Origin: Candidatus Thorarchaeota archaeon
Lineage (GTDB): Archaea; Asgardarchaeota; Thorarchaeia; Thorarchaeales; Thorarchaeaceae
Direction of reading: 5' to 3'
Assembly (NCBI GenBank): GCA_048884965.1
Contig: JBHLQH010000002.1
Span: 67,943-98,138 of the forward strand
DNA length: 30,196 bases
In this document: positions 8,435-16,408 of the stretch, piece after piece
Layout of the letters: each line of letters opens with the position of its first letter
Numbering within the stretch: position 1 is the stretch's first letter
Made by a program: the position numbers and the translations under genes
The notes under the pieces: model-generated
The model's database searches: none
What the model was told of the DNA's origin: nothing
What the model saw: only the letters and a program-made list of their open reading frames with translations

Positions 8435-9283
8435 TTAGACATGCTCCCCTTCTGAGGGCGTGTAATCCTTAGACCCATTTATCAGCGACTTTGAATCACG
8501 AATTGTCAAATCCTGCACCATTGACCGAGGTACTGCTTTTCCACGAACCCAAATAGTATTGGGAGGGATCACCTTGTCCTTCGGTACGACAGTATTGGCT
8601 CCTATGAGCACGTTGTCACCAATATTCGCTCCTGGGAGAACGACGGCGTTCGCACCTACAGTCACATTGTTACCCAGTCTCACGGTCTGGAGGTACAGCT
8701 GGTCGCCTTCGTAAACATGACCGCTTAGGATAGCATCGTAGCCGAAGAAGCAATTGTCACCAATGATCGTTCGCTCTGGATTGAAGAGACGTCCATTCCC
8801 AATGATTGTTGATCGTCCTATCTGGGCACCGAATGCCTGATGGCGAGGCTTCGTATCTAGGAATACAGAGAAGAACCAAGCAAAGTATGGGAATAGGACG
8901 TAATAGATCTCATAGTATTCATAAATGAGCATATAGTCTTCTACTGAGTGATACCCATCAGCGAGGAAAGGAATTCCCCTCCGGGAAAGCAAGAACATGC
9001 CTAGGAGGATACCAAGGAAAAGGGAATAGCATACAAATGTAATCGGTATGAGGAAGAATAAGAACCAAAACTTCTCGATCGCAATGAGTGGCATATACTG
9101 ACCGAAGACCGCGATGAACCAACTATGAATATCGAGGAATGGCCACCCTAAACCACATAGGAATGTATCAAGGTTCTCGAAGAGATACAGGAAGAAGAAT
9201 ATGATCGGGATAGATGCTACTGTAAGGCTGATGAGGATTGAAAGAACCATATATGCAGAATAGGCTACGATTCTTAGTTTCAT
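8435..9283 (-). CDS. Membrane-bound hexapeptide-repeat (left-handed beta-helix) acyltransferase
   Basis: N-terminal TM helices then GAQIG, IIGDNCFFG, LGNNVTVGANAVVLPGANIGDNVLIGAN repeats; start 9283 or 9340. Confidence 0.8.
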   Translation of the reverse strand: MKLRIVAYSAYMVLSILISLTVASIPIIFFFLYLFENLDTFLCGLGWPFLDIHSWFIAVFGQYMPLIAIEKFWFLFFLIPITFVCYSLFLGILLGMFLLSRRGIPFLADGYHSVEDYMLIYEYYEIYYVLFPYFAWFFSVFLDTKPRHQAFGAQIGRSTIIGNGRLFNPERTIIGDNCFFGYDAILSGHVYEGDQLYLQTVRLGNNVTVGANAVVLPGANIGDNVLIGANTVVPKDKVIPPNTIWVRGKAVPRSMVQDLTIRDSKSLINGSKDYTPSEGEHV

Positions 9284-9433
9284 AGGAACACAACATTTGA
9301 TGGGGGTTATCAGTGATGTTACATACTCTAATTTGAACATTCTTCCCCGACCATCCCTATAGGGGAAACAGATATGAAGGGTACAAAGATTCGAAACGGG
9401 ACTACATTGGAGAACTAATGGAGCGTCAAGAAT

Positions 9434-10672
9434 ATGGCATTTGATGCAGACGTTGTGATTGCAGGAACAGGACCCGCAGGGCTCATGACAGCAGAACAGA
9501 CAGCTGCTAAGGGACTGAAGACCATCGTCCTTGAGAAACGAAAAAAGGTCACCGATTCGCTCATGGGAGAGCTGGTCACTGATAAGGCACTCAGATTCCT
9601 CCGAGTGAGACCAGACTCAGAATATGTCGGGAACAAGTACAGTCGAATCATTGGAGAGAGTCTCGACACCGGTGCGAACATCGTAGTGGATAGGACGCAT
9701 CTTGGAAACTCCTATCTATTAGATGAGGACAAATGCCAGGAATTGATGCGAGACCGTGCACTCTCAGACGGAGCTGAGTTTCGATACGGAGCTAGGGTTT
9801 CCTCGGTCATCAAAGAAGATAAACAGGTCGTTGGTGTGAAGTATAATAAGGACGATGAAGTCAGAGCTCCACTGAGTGTCGGTGCTGACGGTTCATTTAG
9901 CAGGGTCTCTGAGACTGCAGGCTTCACTCATCCCAAATGGCTGCTCTCCTATGGCTACAGGTTCAAGCTTGAAGGATGCAAGGATATCGATCCAAACACC
10001 GCTTACTTCTACGTTGGTAAAGATGTCGGTCTGGGCTATCTGTGGCTCTATCCACGCTCAGAGACCGAGATTAACCTAGGTATCGGTCGAGTGCCATCAT
10101 CGAAGTACAACTGGGAAAGACTGCCACCGATGCGTGATGTTCTTCACAAGTACATGAAGACACATCCTGAAACCCAGAATGCTCGTATAGCATCTGTCAA
10201 CGGGGGAGTCGTCCCTTGTGCTGGAATCATACCTCGATTCACTGATGCAGGAGTTTCTCTCTGCGGAAATGCAGCAGGACAGGTATCATCCATCGTTGGA
10301 GGTGGCGTCACTACTTGCTTCCATGCAGGAATCGTCCTAGCGAGACATGCCAAGCGAATGGCGGATGAAGGAGATTATTCAGCTAAGAGTGTCGGCAAGT
10401 ACGAGAAAGAGTATCGTGCGACGAAGCTCGCTAGCAACATCACCAATACTGGAAAGGGAATGTGGGCAGTTTCAAAGTTCTCCATGCACAACGACCCAAT
10501 TGCCGCAGCGGAGTTAGTCCTTGGCGGGAAGCTGGATGCAAGTGTACTTAATGAGCTAATCCAGGGTCATGCAAGTGTAGGCACGTATATGACCCTCATC
10601 TCTGACTTTCTACCAATGGTCATGAAGATTGGAATAGGTTATATGAAATCGGTTGCTATCAGTGGACTGTGA
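9434..10672 (+). CDS. Geranylgeranyl reductase family FAD-dependent oxidoreductase
   Basis: GTGPAG, VGADG, GYLWLYP (YxWxFP-like), CGNAAG..GGG. Confidence 0.85.
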   Translation: MAFDADVVIAGTGPAGLMTAEQTAAKGLKTIVLEKRKKVTDSLMGELVTDKALRFLRVRPDSEYVGNKYSRIIGESLDTGANIVVDRTHLGNSYLLDEDKCQELMRDRALSDGAEFRYGARVSSVIKEDKQVVGVKYNKDDEVRAPLSVGADGSFSRVSETAGFTHPKWLLSYGYRFKLEGCKDIDPNTAYFYVGKDVGLGYLWLYPRSETEINLGIGRVPSSKYNWERLPPMRDVLHKYMKTHPETQNARIASVNGGVVPCAGIIPRFTDAGVSLCGNAAGQVSSIVGGGVTTCFHAGIVLARHAKRMADEGDYSAKSVGKYEKEYRATKLASNITNTGKGMWAVSKFSMHNDPIAAAELVLGGKLDASVLNELIQGHASVGTYMTLISDFLPMVMKIGIGYMKSVAISGL

Positions 10673-10763
10673 AACTTCTAGCAAATCCTTGACAGAAGAA
10701 TAATCTATTGACAGTCTTCTGCCAATTGGATGAGTGTAAATAGAGGATAGGAGAAGAAGGAGT

Positions 10764-11762
10764 ATGGAGGATAGCTGCGATAACAACTTGGAGCAATTGG
10801 GATTTCTCTCACAGAATGGCATGGATTCAAAGACCACGAATCTATTGCAGGCGATACTTCAAGCTCAACGAAACGAAGGCTCTGACTCTACATTCTCGGT
10901 TGTATATGAAACCTATACAGAACTAGAAGGGGGAAAACCAAAGAGTAAGCCCTATGTCCATAGGCTTCTCAACGCATTGATCGATATCCACGTTATTCGC
11001 GTTGAAGGTCTAGAAGGAAGAAAAAGAAAGTACCTTTGCGATATCAATACCTTGGCATCAGGCCTATCATTCTTGAAAGAACAGAGACTCAGCGACTTGG
11101 CAAAAGAGAAGGAGAAGGTGAATGAGAGGACTCAAGAGATAGAGTCTATTGATGCGAATGAACTTGCCACCCAGTTGTATGAGAGGCTAACAGGAGAAAA
11201 GAAGACTCCTACATCTCGATTCCTGAAAGGGCTTGATGAGTTTCAACGGGTGACCAATGAAACAATCTATCATGTTGCGAAAGTGGGCGACATCATTCGA
11301 ACATCAGTTACAGGTATAGAGCGATTCAGTTCAGAGCCTTTTGTGAACGACTTTGCATCACGGGTGCAGCGAGTCATTGTTGCAGCATCAAAGGGAGTGG
11401 ATGTCCGCTATAGTATCCCTCCAGTTGATCTAGGCAATATAAGCCAACTTTGGAAAAGCGAGGAGGGAGTGCAATTCTTTGCAGATCTATCAGAGCTCAT
11501 TGTAAAAGATGAAGGTGAAGGACCAGGTTTCCATTTCCGATTCAATTCAGCGGGTCAGAAAAGCCATCAGTTCGTAAGCCTCAACAATGATATAGTCACA
11601 TTATGGATCTCAGAATATCCACCAACTGCAGCGTGGATCACTAGAGAGTTCAATGCGGACCTAATTGACCACATCATCAATACCTTCGATGAACAATGGA
11701 AACAAGCCTCTTCAGTTCGCGAGCACCTTAGGCAAGTCATGTCGGAGAAAGGAAAAAAGTAG
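10764..11762 (+). CDS. TrmB-like regulator, paralog 1 (wHTH, coiled coil, PLD-like effector domain)
   Basis: SKPYVHRLLNALIDIHVI wHTH with wing Tyr, heptad-rich helix, GDIIR..S, KGVDVR, HQFVSLNND. Confidence 0.7.
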   Translation: MEDSCDNNLEQLGFLSQNGMDSKTTNLLQAILQAQRNEGSDSTFSVVYETYTELEGGKPKSKPYVHRLLNALIDIHVIRVEGLEGRKRKYLCDINTLASGLSFLKEQRLSDLAKEKEKVNERTQEIESIDANELATQLYERLTGEKKTPTSRFLKGLDEFQRVTNETIYHVAKVGDIIRTSVTGIERFSSEPFVNDFASRVQRVIVAASKGVDVRYSIPPVDLGNISQLWKSEEGVQFFADLSELIVKDEGEGPGFHFRFNSAGQKSHQFVSLNNDIVTLWISEYPPTAAWITREFNADLIDHIINTFDEQWKQASSVREHLRQVMSEKGKK

Positions 11763-11900
11763 CCCAACCAATCGCAAGAGTGAAGCGGGGCCTCACCCCC
11801 TAAGACCCTGCTTCGAGTTTGTGCCAGGTCCGAACATGCCCATCTAGCACCCCGCAACGCCGTTGGAGTTTTTAACGTCATAGCGAAGTGAGAACTTCTG
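11760..11900 (-). ncRNA. Candidate structured small RNA 1 (three hairpins)
   Basis: Hairpins 11851-11887, 11821-11850, 11782-11814, mostly G-U compatible on minus strand; TATA-like 11931-11942 upstream; U6 run at 11753-11758. Confidence 0.6.
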
Positions 11901-12094
11901 ACCAAAGCAACCTCTATGTAGTCATACCCGACATATATATGTTAACTCTTTCAACATTCATATAGTTAGTAACACTCTTTATTTAGATGAGAATTTTAGT
12001 GAGCATAGTAATGTAATCAAAATCTCGAGTGATACTAGTCAACTATAGTAAAGCTACTATGTAGATATGTACACTCTATGAAATGGATCAGGAA

Positions 12095-12207
12095 AATGAA
12101 ATCGGGCGGAGATGGGTCCCCCCGCCCTCACCAGCCATTTTCCGCAGCATGCCAGCTTGGCTATGAACGACGGTTCAATCCCGACCTGAATTACCCAGCC
12201 GTTCATC
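12095..12207 (-). ncRNA. Candidate structured small RNA 2 (three hairpins, homologous core to RNA 1)
   Basis: Hairpins 12163-12206, 12133-12162, 12104-12127; TTTATATT box at 12232-12225, ~26 nt upstream; U-rich tail. Confidence 0.6.
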
Positions 12208-12256
12208 TTTTATAGCGAACACGAAATATAAATTCATTCAGTTTTTCAATGTATAT

Positions 12257-12277
12257 GAAGCTAGCTATAGCTACTTC
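12257..12277. promoter_or_regulatory. Palindrome between RNA 2 promoter and paralog 2 (possible operator)
   Basis: GAAG-c-TAGCTATAGCTA-CTTC. Confidence 0.35.
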
Positions 12278-12355
12278 CCTTGAAAATAGCAGAAAGTAGA
12301 AGGTTTTTTATGAGATATCAGTGCCTAGAATCTATCTCAACTGGGGGTTATTGGC

Positions 12356-13366
12356 ATGCTGGATGACATAGATAAAGAAGAACTCGGACTAATTGGCTTC
12401 TTCTATCAAAACGGGTTTGACACCAAGGCAGCATTGCTATTACAATCCATGCTAAAGACCCAGCTTGAAAAAGAAGCATCGCTTTCATTCTCAGAGATCT
12501 ATGATGCATTCTCTAGAGAGAATGAGGGGAGCAAGATATCAAAGGCATGGGTACACAAACTGCTGCGCAGTCTCACAGAGTTGAGGTTGGTTGCCATTGA
12601 GGCGATAACAGCACGACGGAACAATTACAACTGCGATATCAATACTCTCTCAACAGGACTGGGTTTTATGAGAGAACAGGCTCTTCAACATGTCTTACAG
12701 GAGATGAAGGACCTAAAGGCTCGAGATGCGAAGTTGAAGGAATTAGATACAACTTCATTAGCTCAGAAGGTTCATGAATCAATGACAGGGATGAGAAAGC
12801 ATCCTACATCACGCTTCTTGAAGGGACTTGAAGAATTCCACAGAGTGACAGATGAGACCATCTATCAGGCAGCAGGACCAGGAGACATCATTAGAAACTC
12901 TGTTGCGAATGTCGGACCCTTTGTATTAGGATATGCTGATCGGACAAAGAGGCTCTTTACCATGGCTGCGAAAGGCGTTGAGGTCAGATACTCTATCTCG
13001 CCGGAGTCGCTCAAGGAAGAAGGGATTTTTGGTCAGGATATGAACATGGAGTTCATGCAATTCGCACTCAAGATGCTCAAGGGGAGAGGTGAGGAAGGAC
13101 AACCAGGACTTCACGCAAGGATAAATCCAGCAGCATCAAGAGGACACCAGTTTGCGAGTCTGAATAATGAGATCATGGCGTTATGGATTTCTGAATATCC
13201 TCCTACAGCTGCATGGATTACAAGGGATTTCAATGAGGATCTGATCGATGATATCATACGAACCTTCGAAGAACAGTGGGAGAATTCACAGCCTATCAAC
13301 GAAGCATTGGAACAGGTAATCAAAAGTCATGGTATGAAAGGGTCCAAGAATGGTGTAAGGAAATGA
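12356..13366 (+). CDS. TrmB-like regulator, paralog 2 (closest to paralog 1)
   Basis: SKAWVHKLLRSL wHTH; shares TSRFLKGL.EF.RVT.ETIY and LWISEYPPTAAWITR.FN.DLID with paralog 1. Confidence 0.7.
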   Translation: MLDDIDKEELGLIGFFYQNGFDTKAALLLQSMLKTQLEKEASLSFSEIYDAFSRENEGSKISKAWVHKLLRSLTELRLVAIEAITARRNNYNCDINTLSTGLGFMREQALQHVLQEMKDLKARDAKLKELDTTSLAQKVHESMTGMRKHPTSRFLKGLEEFHRVTDETIYQAAGPGDIIRNSVANVGPFVLGYADRTKRLFTMAAKGVEVRYSISPESLKEEGIFGQDMNMEFMQFALKMLKGRGEEGQPGLHARINPAASRGHQFASLNNEIMALWISEYPPTAAWITRDFNEDLIDDIIRTFEEQWENSQPINEALEQVIKSHGMKGSKNGVRK

Positions 13367-14295
13367 GTGACAGACGGACCAGAGTTTTGGAGTCATTGGG
13401 ATACGATATCAATTCCAATCATGCGAGAATCCTAAAGGCAATCCTATTATCTCAAGATGAGCTCGGTGCTGGAATCACCTTTGATGTGCTAGAAGTCAAG
13501 CTGCGTGAGCTTACAGGTGGCAAGGGTATGTCACGACCACTCATCTATCGTTACATGAAATCATTGGAATCCTTGGAGATTCTAATCGTGAATCGAGACG
13601 TGAGTCCAAATATCTACATAGTTAATTTTGAATCTGTTGTGAATGCATTAGAAACCAGTAGATTTCAGGTTCTATCAAGTCTACGAGAAGAAATGAATAA
13701 GATTAGTGAGCAGGAAATTGCACTAACAAATGTAGACCTTTCATGGTTGGCGCGAAGATTCCATATCATGCTTGCAGGGAAACCAGAAAGAGTGGGTACA
13801 AAGACCGTAAAAGGAATTGTGGATGCACATTATCTAATTGATACAGAGATATATTCCAAAGCTATAGCAGGTGATACAATCAGGATAACATTGGATTGGT
13901 TTCAGCTCACAGAAAGAAGTGAAGTCGAAAGGCAAGCAGGAGCATTGCAACTAGCTGTAAAGGGTGTGCATATCAAGTCACTCCAGTATTTCCCTGAAAA
14001 GGTCCCTCCAAATATCATCAAGTTACGATATGAACGATTGAAGGACCTCAGAGAGAAAGGAGTTGAAGCTGAATTTCGGATAGCCCCCCGTACTGTTAGA
14101 ACCTATCAGGGAGTTGCATTGAACAGGGAGGGATTCATACTTGTTGTTTCAGAGGAACCACTAACCCTTGTTTGGATTCCCCGTTCAGTCAATGAGGCAT
14201 TGATCACGGAAGCTATCAATAGCTATGACCGTGATTTTGAGAAAGGAACCGATTTTTTGGAATATTACAAGGAGGTTTACGATGAGTCTGAGTGA
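13363..14295 (+). CDS. TrmB-like regulator, paralog 3
   Basis: ATGA overlap with paralog 2 stop; LESLGY, SRPLIYRYMKSLE, P.IY, GDTIR, KGVHIK. Confidence 0.7.
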   Translation: MSDRRTRVLESLGYDINSNHARILKAILLSQDELGAGITFDVLEVKLRELTGGKGMSRPLIYRYMKSLESLEILIVNRDVSPNIYIVNFESVVNALETSRFQVLSSLREEMNKISEQEIALTNVDLSWLARRFHIMLAGKPERVGTKTVKGIVDAHYLIDTEIYSKAIAGDTIRITLDWFQLTERSEVERQAGALQLAVKGVHIKSLQYFPEKVPPNIIKLRYERLKDLREKGVEAEFRIAPRTVRTYQGVALNREGFILVVSEEPLTLVWIPRSVNEALITEAINSYDRDFEKGTDFLEYYKEVYDESE

Positions 14296-15241
14296 GAAAG
14301 ATTTCTTTGATATACTGAGTATCAATCCGAGTTCCCGGAACTATCAGATTCTCAAGGCCATTATAGAAGTCACAGAAGAAAAAGGGAAAGCCCCAGACTT
14401 CTCGGAGATAGAATTGAAGGTCAACTGCAATAGAGAAGAACCATTTAGCAAGCAATGGATATACAAGTGTCTCTCAGACCTCAAGGATCAAGAAATGATC
14501 ACTGTTGATAACATCAACAAACCTACAACATATTCTGCATCAGTAATTAATCTGAGAAGCGGATTAGCACGACTACAACAAGACAAGTTGAAGGAGCTTG
14601 CAATCAGAAGAAAGAATCTGGAGCAGGAGATTAAGGAAATTGAAGACCAAAGCCTATACGATCTCGCATACTACTTTGTTGATTCTCTTTCAGGCAAACG
14701 AGTAGAAAGAAGATCAGGGGTCATTGAAGGGATTGAGAATATAAGACGTTTCATCCTCTTAGAGATTATTGAGCAATCGAAAGCTGGAGATATCATTCGA
14801 GCCAATAGCAGAATCAACTTTGTAGACAACTTGGCTCAAGAACTTGTGTCCTTGGAAAGAGTGCTATTAGAAACGGTACAGAAGGGCGTAAAGATCAAAG
14901 CACTGCTTGCGCATCATTCTCTAGTTGAGGCATATGAAGCCAGTGATCTATCAGAACTCTTCAGGAGGGAACAGGACTTATTCAAGAAAGCCATAGCAAA
15001 TGATTTAATCGACATACGTGCTCCGAGGGATAATCTCATGCCGTACAGAATCATTTCTCTCAACAATGATAAAATGTTCATGTTTCTCGCAGATACTGCT
15101 AATCCAGATACTGTTGCACTGATATTTCGAGAGGGGAATCCATCTATGGTTGACAGTGCGATCGAGAAATTCGATAGGATTTTTGCTGAAGGCGAAGAAC
15201 TCAATGCTACTGTCCTCGAAGAGATAGAACGGATGCTATGA
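14282..15241 (+). CDS. TrmB-like regulator, paralog 4
   Basis: AGGAGG RBS, overlaps paralog 3; SKQWIYKCLSDL, KPTTY, GDIIR, KGVKIK, IISLNND. Confidence 0.7.
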   Translation: MSLSEKDFFDILSINPSSRNYQILKAIIEVTEEKGKAPDFSEIELKVNCNREEPFSKQWIYKCLSDLKDQEMITVDNINKPTTYSASVINLRSGLARLQQDKLKELAIRRKNLEQEIKEIEDQSLYDLAYYFVDSLSGKRVERRSGVIEGIENIRRFILLEIIEQSKAGDIIRANSRINFVDNLAQELVSLERVLLETVQKGVKIKALLAHHSLVEAYEASDLSELFRREQDLFKKAIANDLIDIRAPRDNLMPYRIISLNNDKMFMFLADTANPDTVALIFREGNPSMVDSAIEKFDRIFAEGEELNATVLEEIERML

Positions 15242-16294
15242 TACTACCCAATCCGTAGCTCCTTGCAGAGCATTGAAAATGTCATTACACACCGCTTGGA
15301 AGTCATCATACATGCCCCATTCGCCGCCAGCCGCAAACGGATGTCCTCCACCATTGAACATCTTGGCTGCAGCATTGCATAGTACTTTTTCAGAACCTCG
15401 TCGAAAACCTAGCATACCTCCAGCACTCACAGTAATCAATAGATCAGCAACTGATAGTTGCATGTCATCATTCTTGAGATTTTCAGCATCTGCCATATAT
15501 GTGCCCAAATCTGTTGTTGTTACGCCATTGGGGAGCTCGACTATCCTTACCAATCGTCCATGAATCTCCAAATCACTATGACCCGCAATTGCCTTCTTCA
15601 TTTTCTTCTGACGTTCCTTTCTGTAGAAAGCTACTTGTTTTGACAAAAGTGGGTCTTTCAAGTCACGAGTAGTCTTATCCCAGATCCCATCAGCTCCATC
15701 CTTTGCTAGGCTCTTCAGAATTGGTAGAATGGCATTAGTAAGGTCATCTCGCTTATCGAGAGCACTGAATCTAATTACAGACAGAGCGTCTGTTAGTGCA
15801 CCAGCGACGTCAATCTCACGCAGATTGAAATCCGTATCATGTGCAATTCGTGCAAGCTCTGCGGATATCTCATCCCTAGGCATTAGTACCTTATGTGCAA
15901 TCTCGGCAGCACAATACTCATGATTAACCTTGAGTACAGGTTTGTTGTTCAATGACGTGATCGCTTTGATAGAGCGTTCGGACCATTGGTGATGATCGAG
16001 CCAGACGACTCTGCACCCTTGAGATATTGCACGTGATAGAGAACTAGTAACAAGGTCCAGCTCCGTTTCATCCATCCCAAGATCTGTAACGACGATGATA
16101 GCATTCCTGTACAATGAAACCTTTGAGAAGACCTGATTGAATCCTCCGTAATCGGTCAGGAGCACTTCATGCTTAAGATTCTTGGAATCAGCATAACGCC
16201 AAGCTATGGCTGCAGAAGCTAATCCGTCCACATCCTTGTCATGTGATATGGAGAGGAGTGTAGTTATCTTACTCCCTGTAGGTGTTGCAGTCAT
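15236..16294 (-). CDS. DHH/DHHA1 family phosphoesterase (NrnA/RecJ-like)
   Basis: SHDKDVDG, VTDLG, WLDHH, GGGHPFAAG. Confidence 0.85.
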   Translation of the reverse strand: MTATPTGSKITTLLSISHDKDVDGLASAAIAWRYADSKNLKHEVLLTDYGGFNQVFSKVSLYRNAIIVVTDLGMDETELDLVTSSLSRAISQGCRVVWLDHHQWSERSIKAITSLNNKPVLKVNHEYCAAEIAHKVLMPRDEISAELARIAHDTDFNLREIDVAGALTDALSVIRFSALDKRDDLTNAILPILKSLAKDGADGIWDKTTRDLKDPLLSKQVAFYRKERQKKMKKAIAGHSDLEIHGRLVRIVELPNGVTTTDLGTYMADAENLKNDDMQLSVADLLITVSAGGMLGFRRGSEKVLCNAAAKMFNGGGHPFAAGGEWGMYDDFQAVCNDIFNALQGATDWVVS

Positions 16295-16408
16295 TCTCTA
16301 TCCTGTTGTGGATATACAAAACTGCTTTTCATTCTTACCAAAGCGCAAATTTTCCTTTCTCGAAAGGGTTTTCAAGTGGCATTCATCTGAGCTAATGGGT
16401 TGCATTTC

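Noticed and set aside
11567-11905. 112-aa minus-strand ORF
   Set aside because: Overlaps paralog 1 antisense and the hairpin element; no protein-like features
12169-12185. GACGG-TTCAATC-CCGAC resembles a tRNA T-arm on the plus strand
   Set aside because: No acceptor, D or anticodon arms at proper spacing; surrounding stems favour the minus strand
12057-12206. 49-codon leaderless minus-strand ORF MNGWVIQVG...CCGKW
   Set aside because: No recognisable protein features, no counterpart in element 1, and it runs through the U-rich tail; not fully excluded
11820-12230. 5S rRNA-like words (CATAGCG, CCGAAC) and a group II intron domain V-like stretch
   Set aside because: Motifs are in the wrong order or cannot form the required helices
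10764-15241. Active PLD nuclease or defence system reading of the quartet
   Set aside because: No intact HxKxxxxD motif and no ATPase, methylase or other effector gene adjacent
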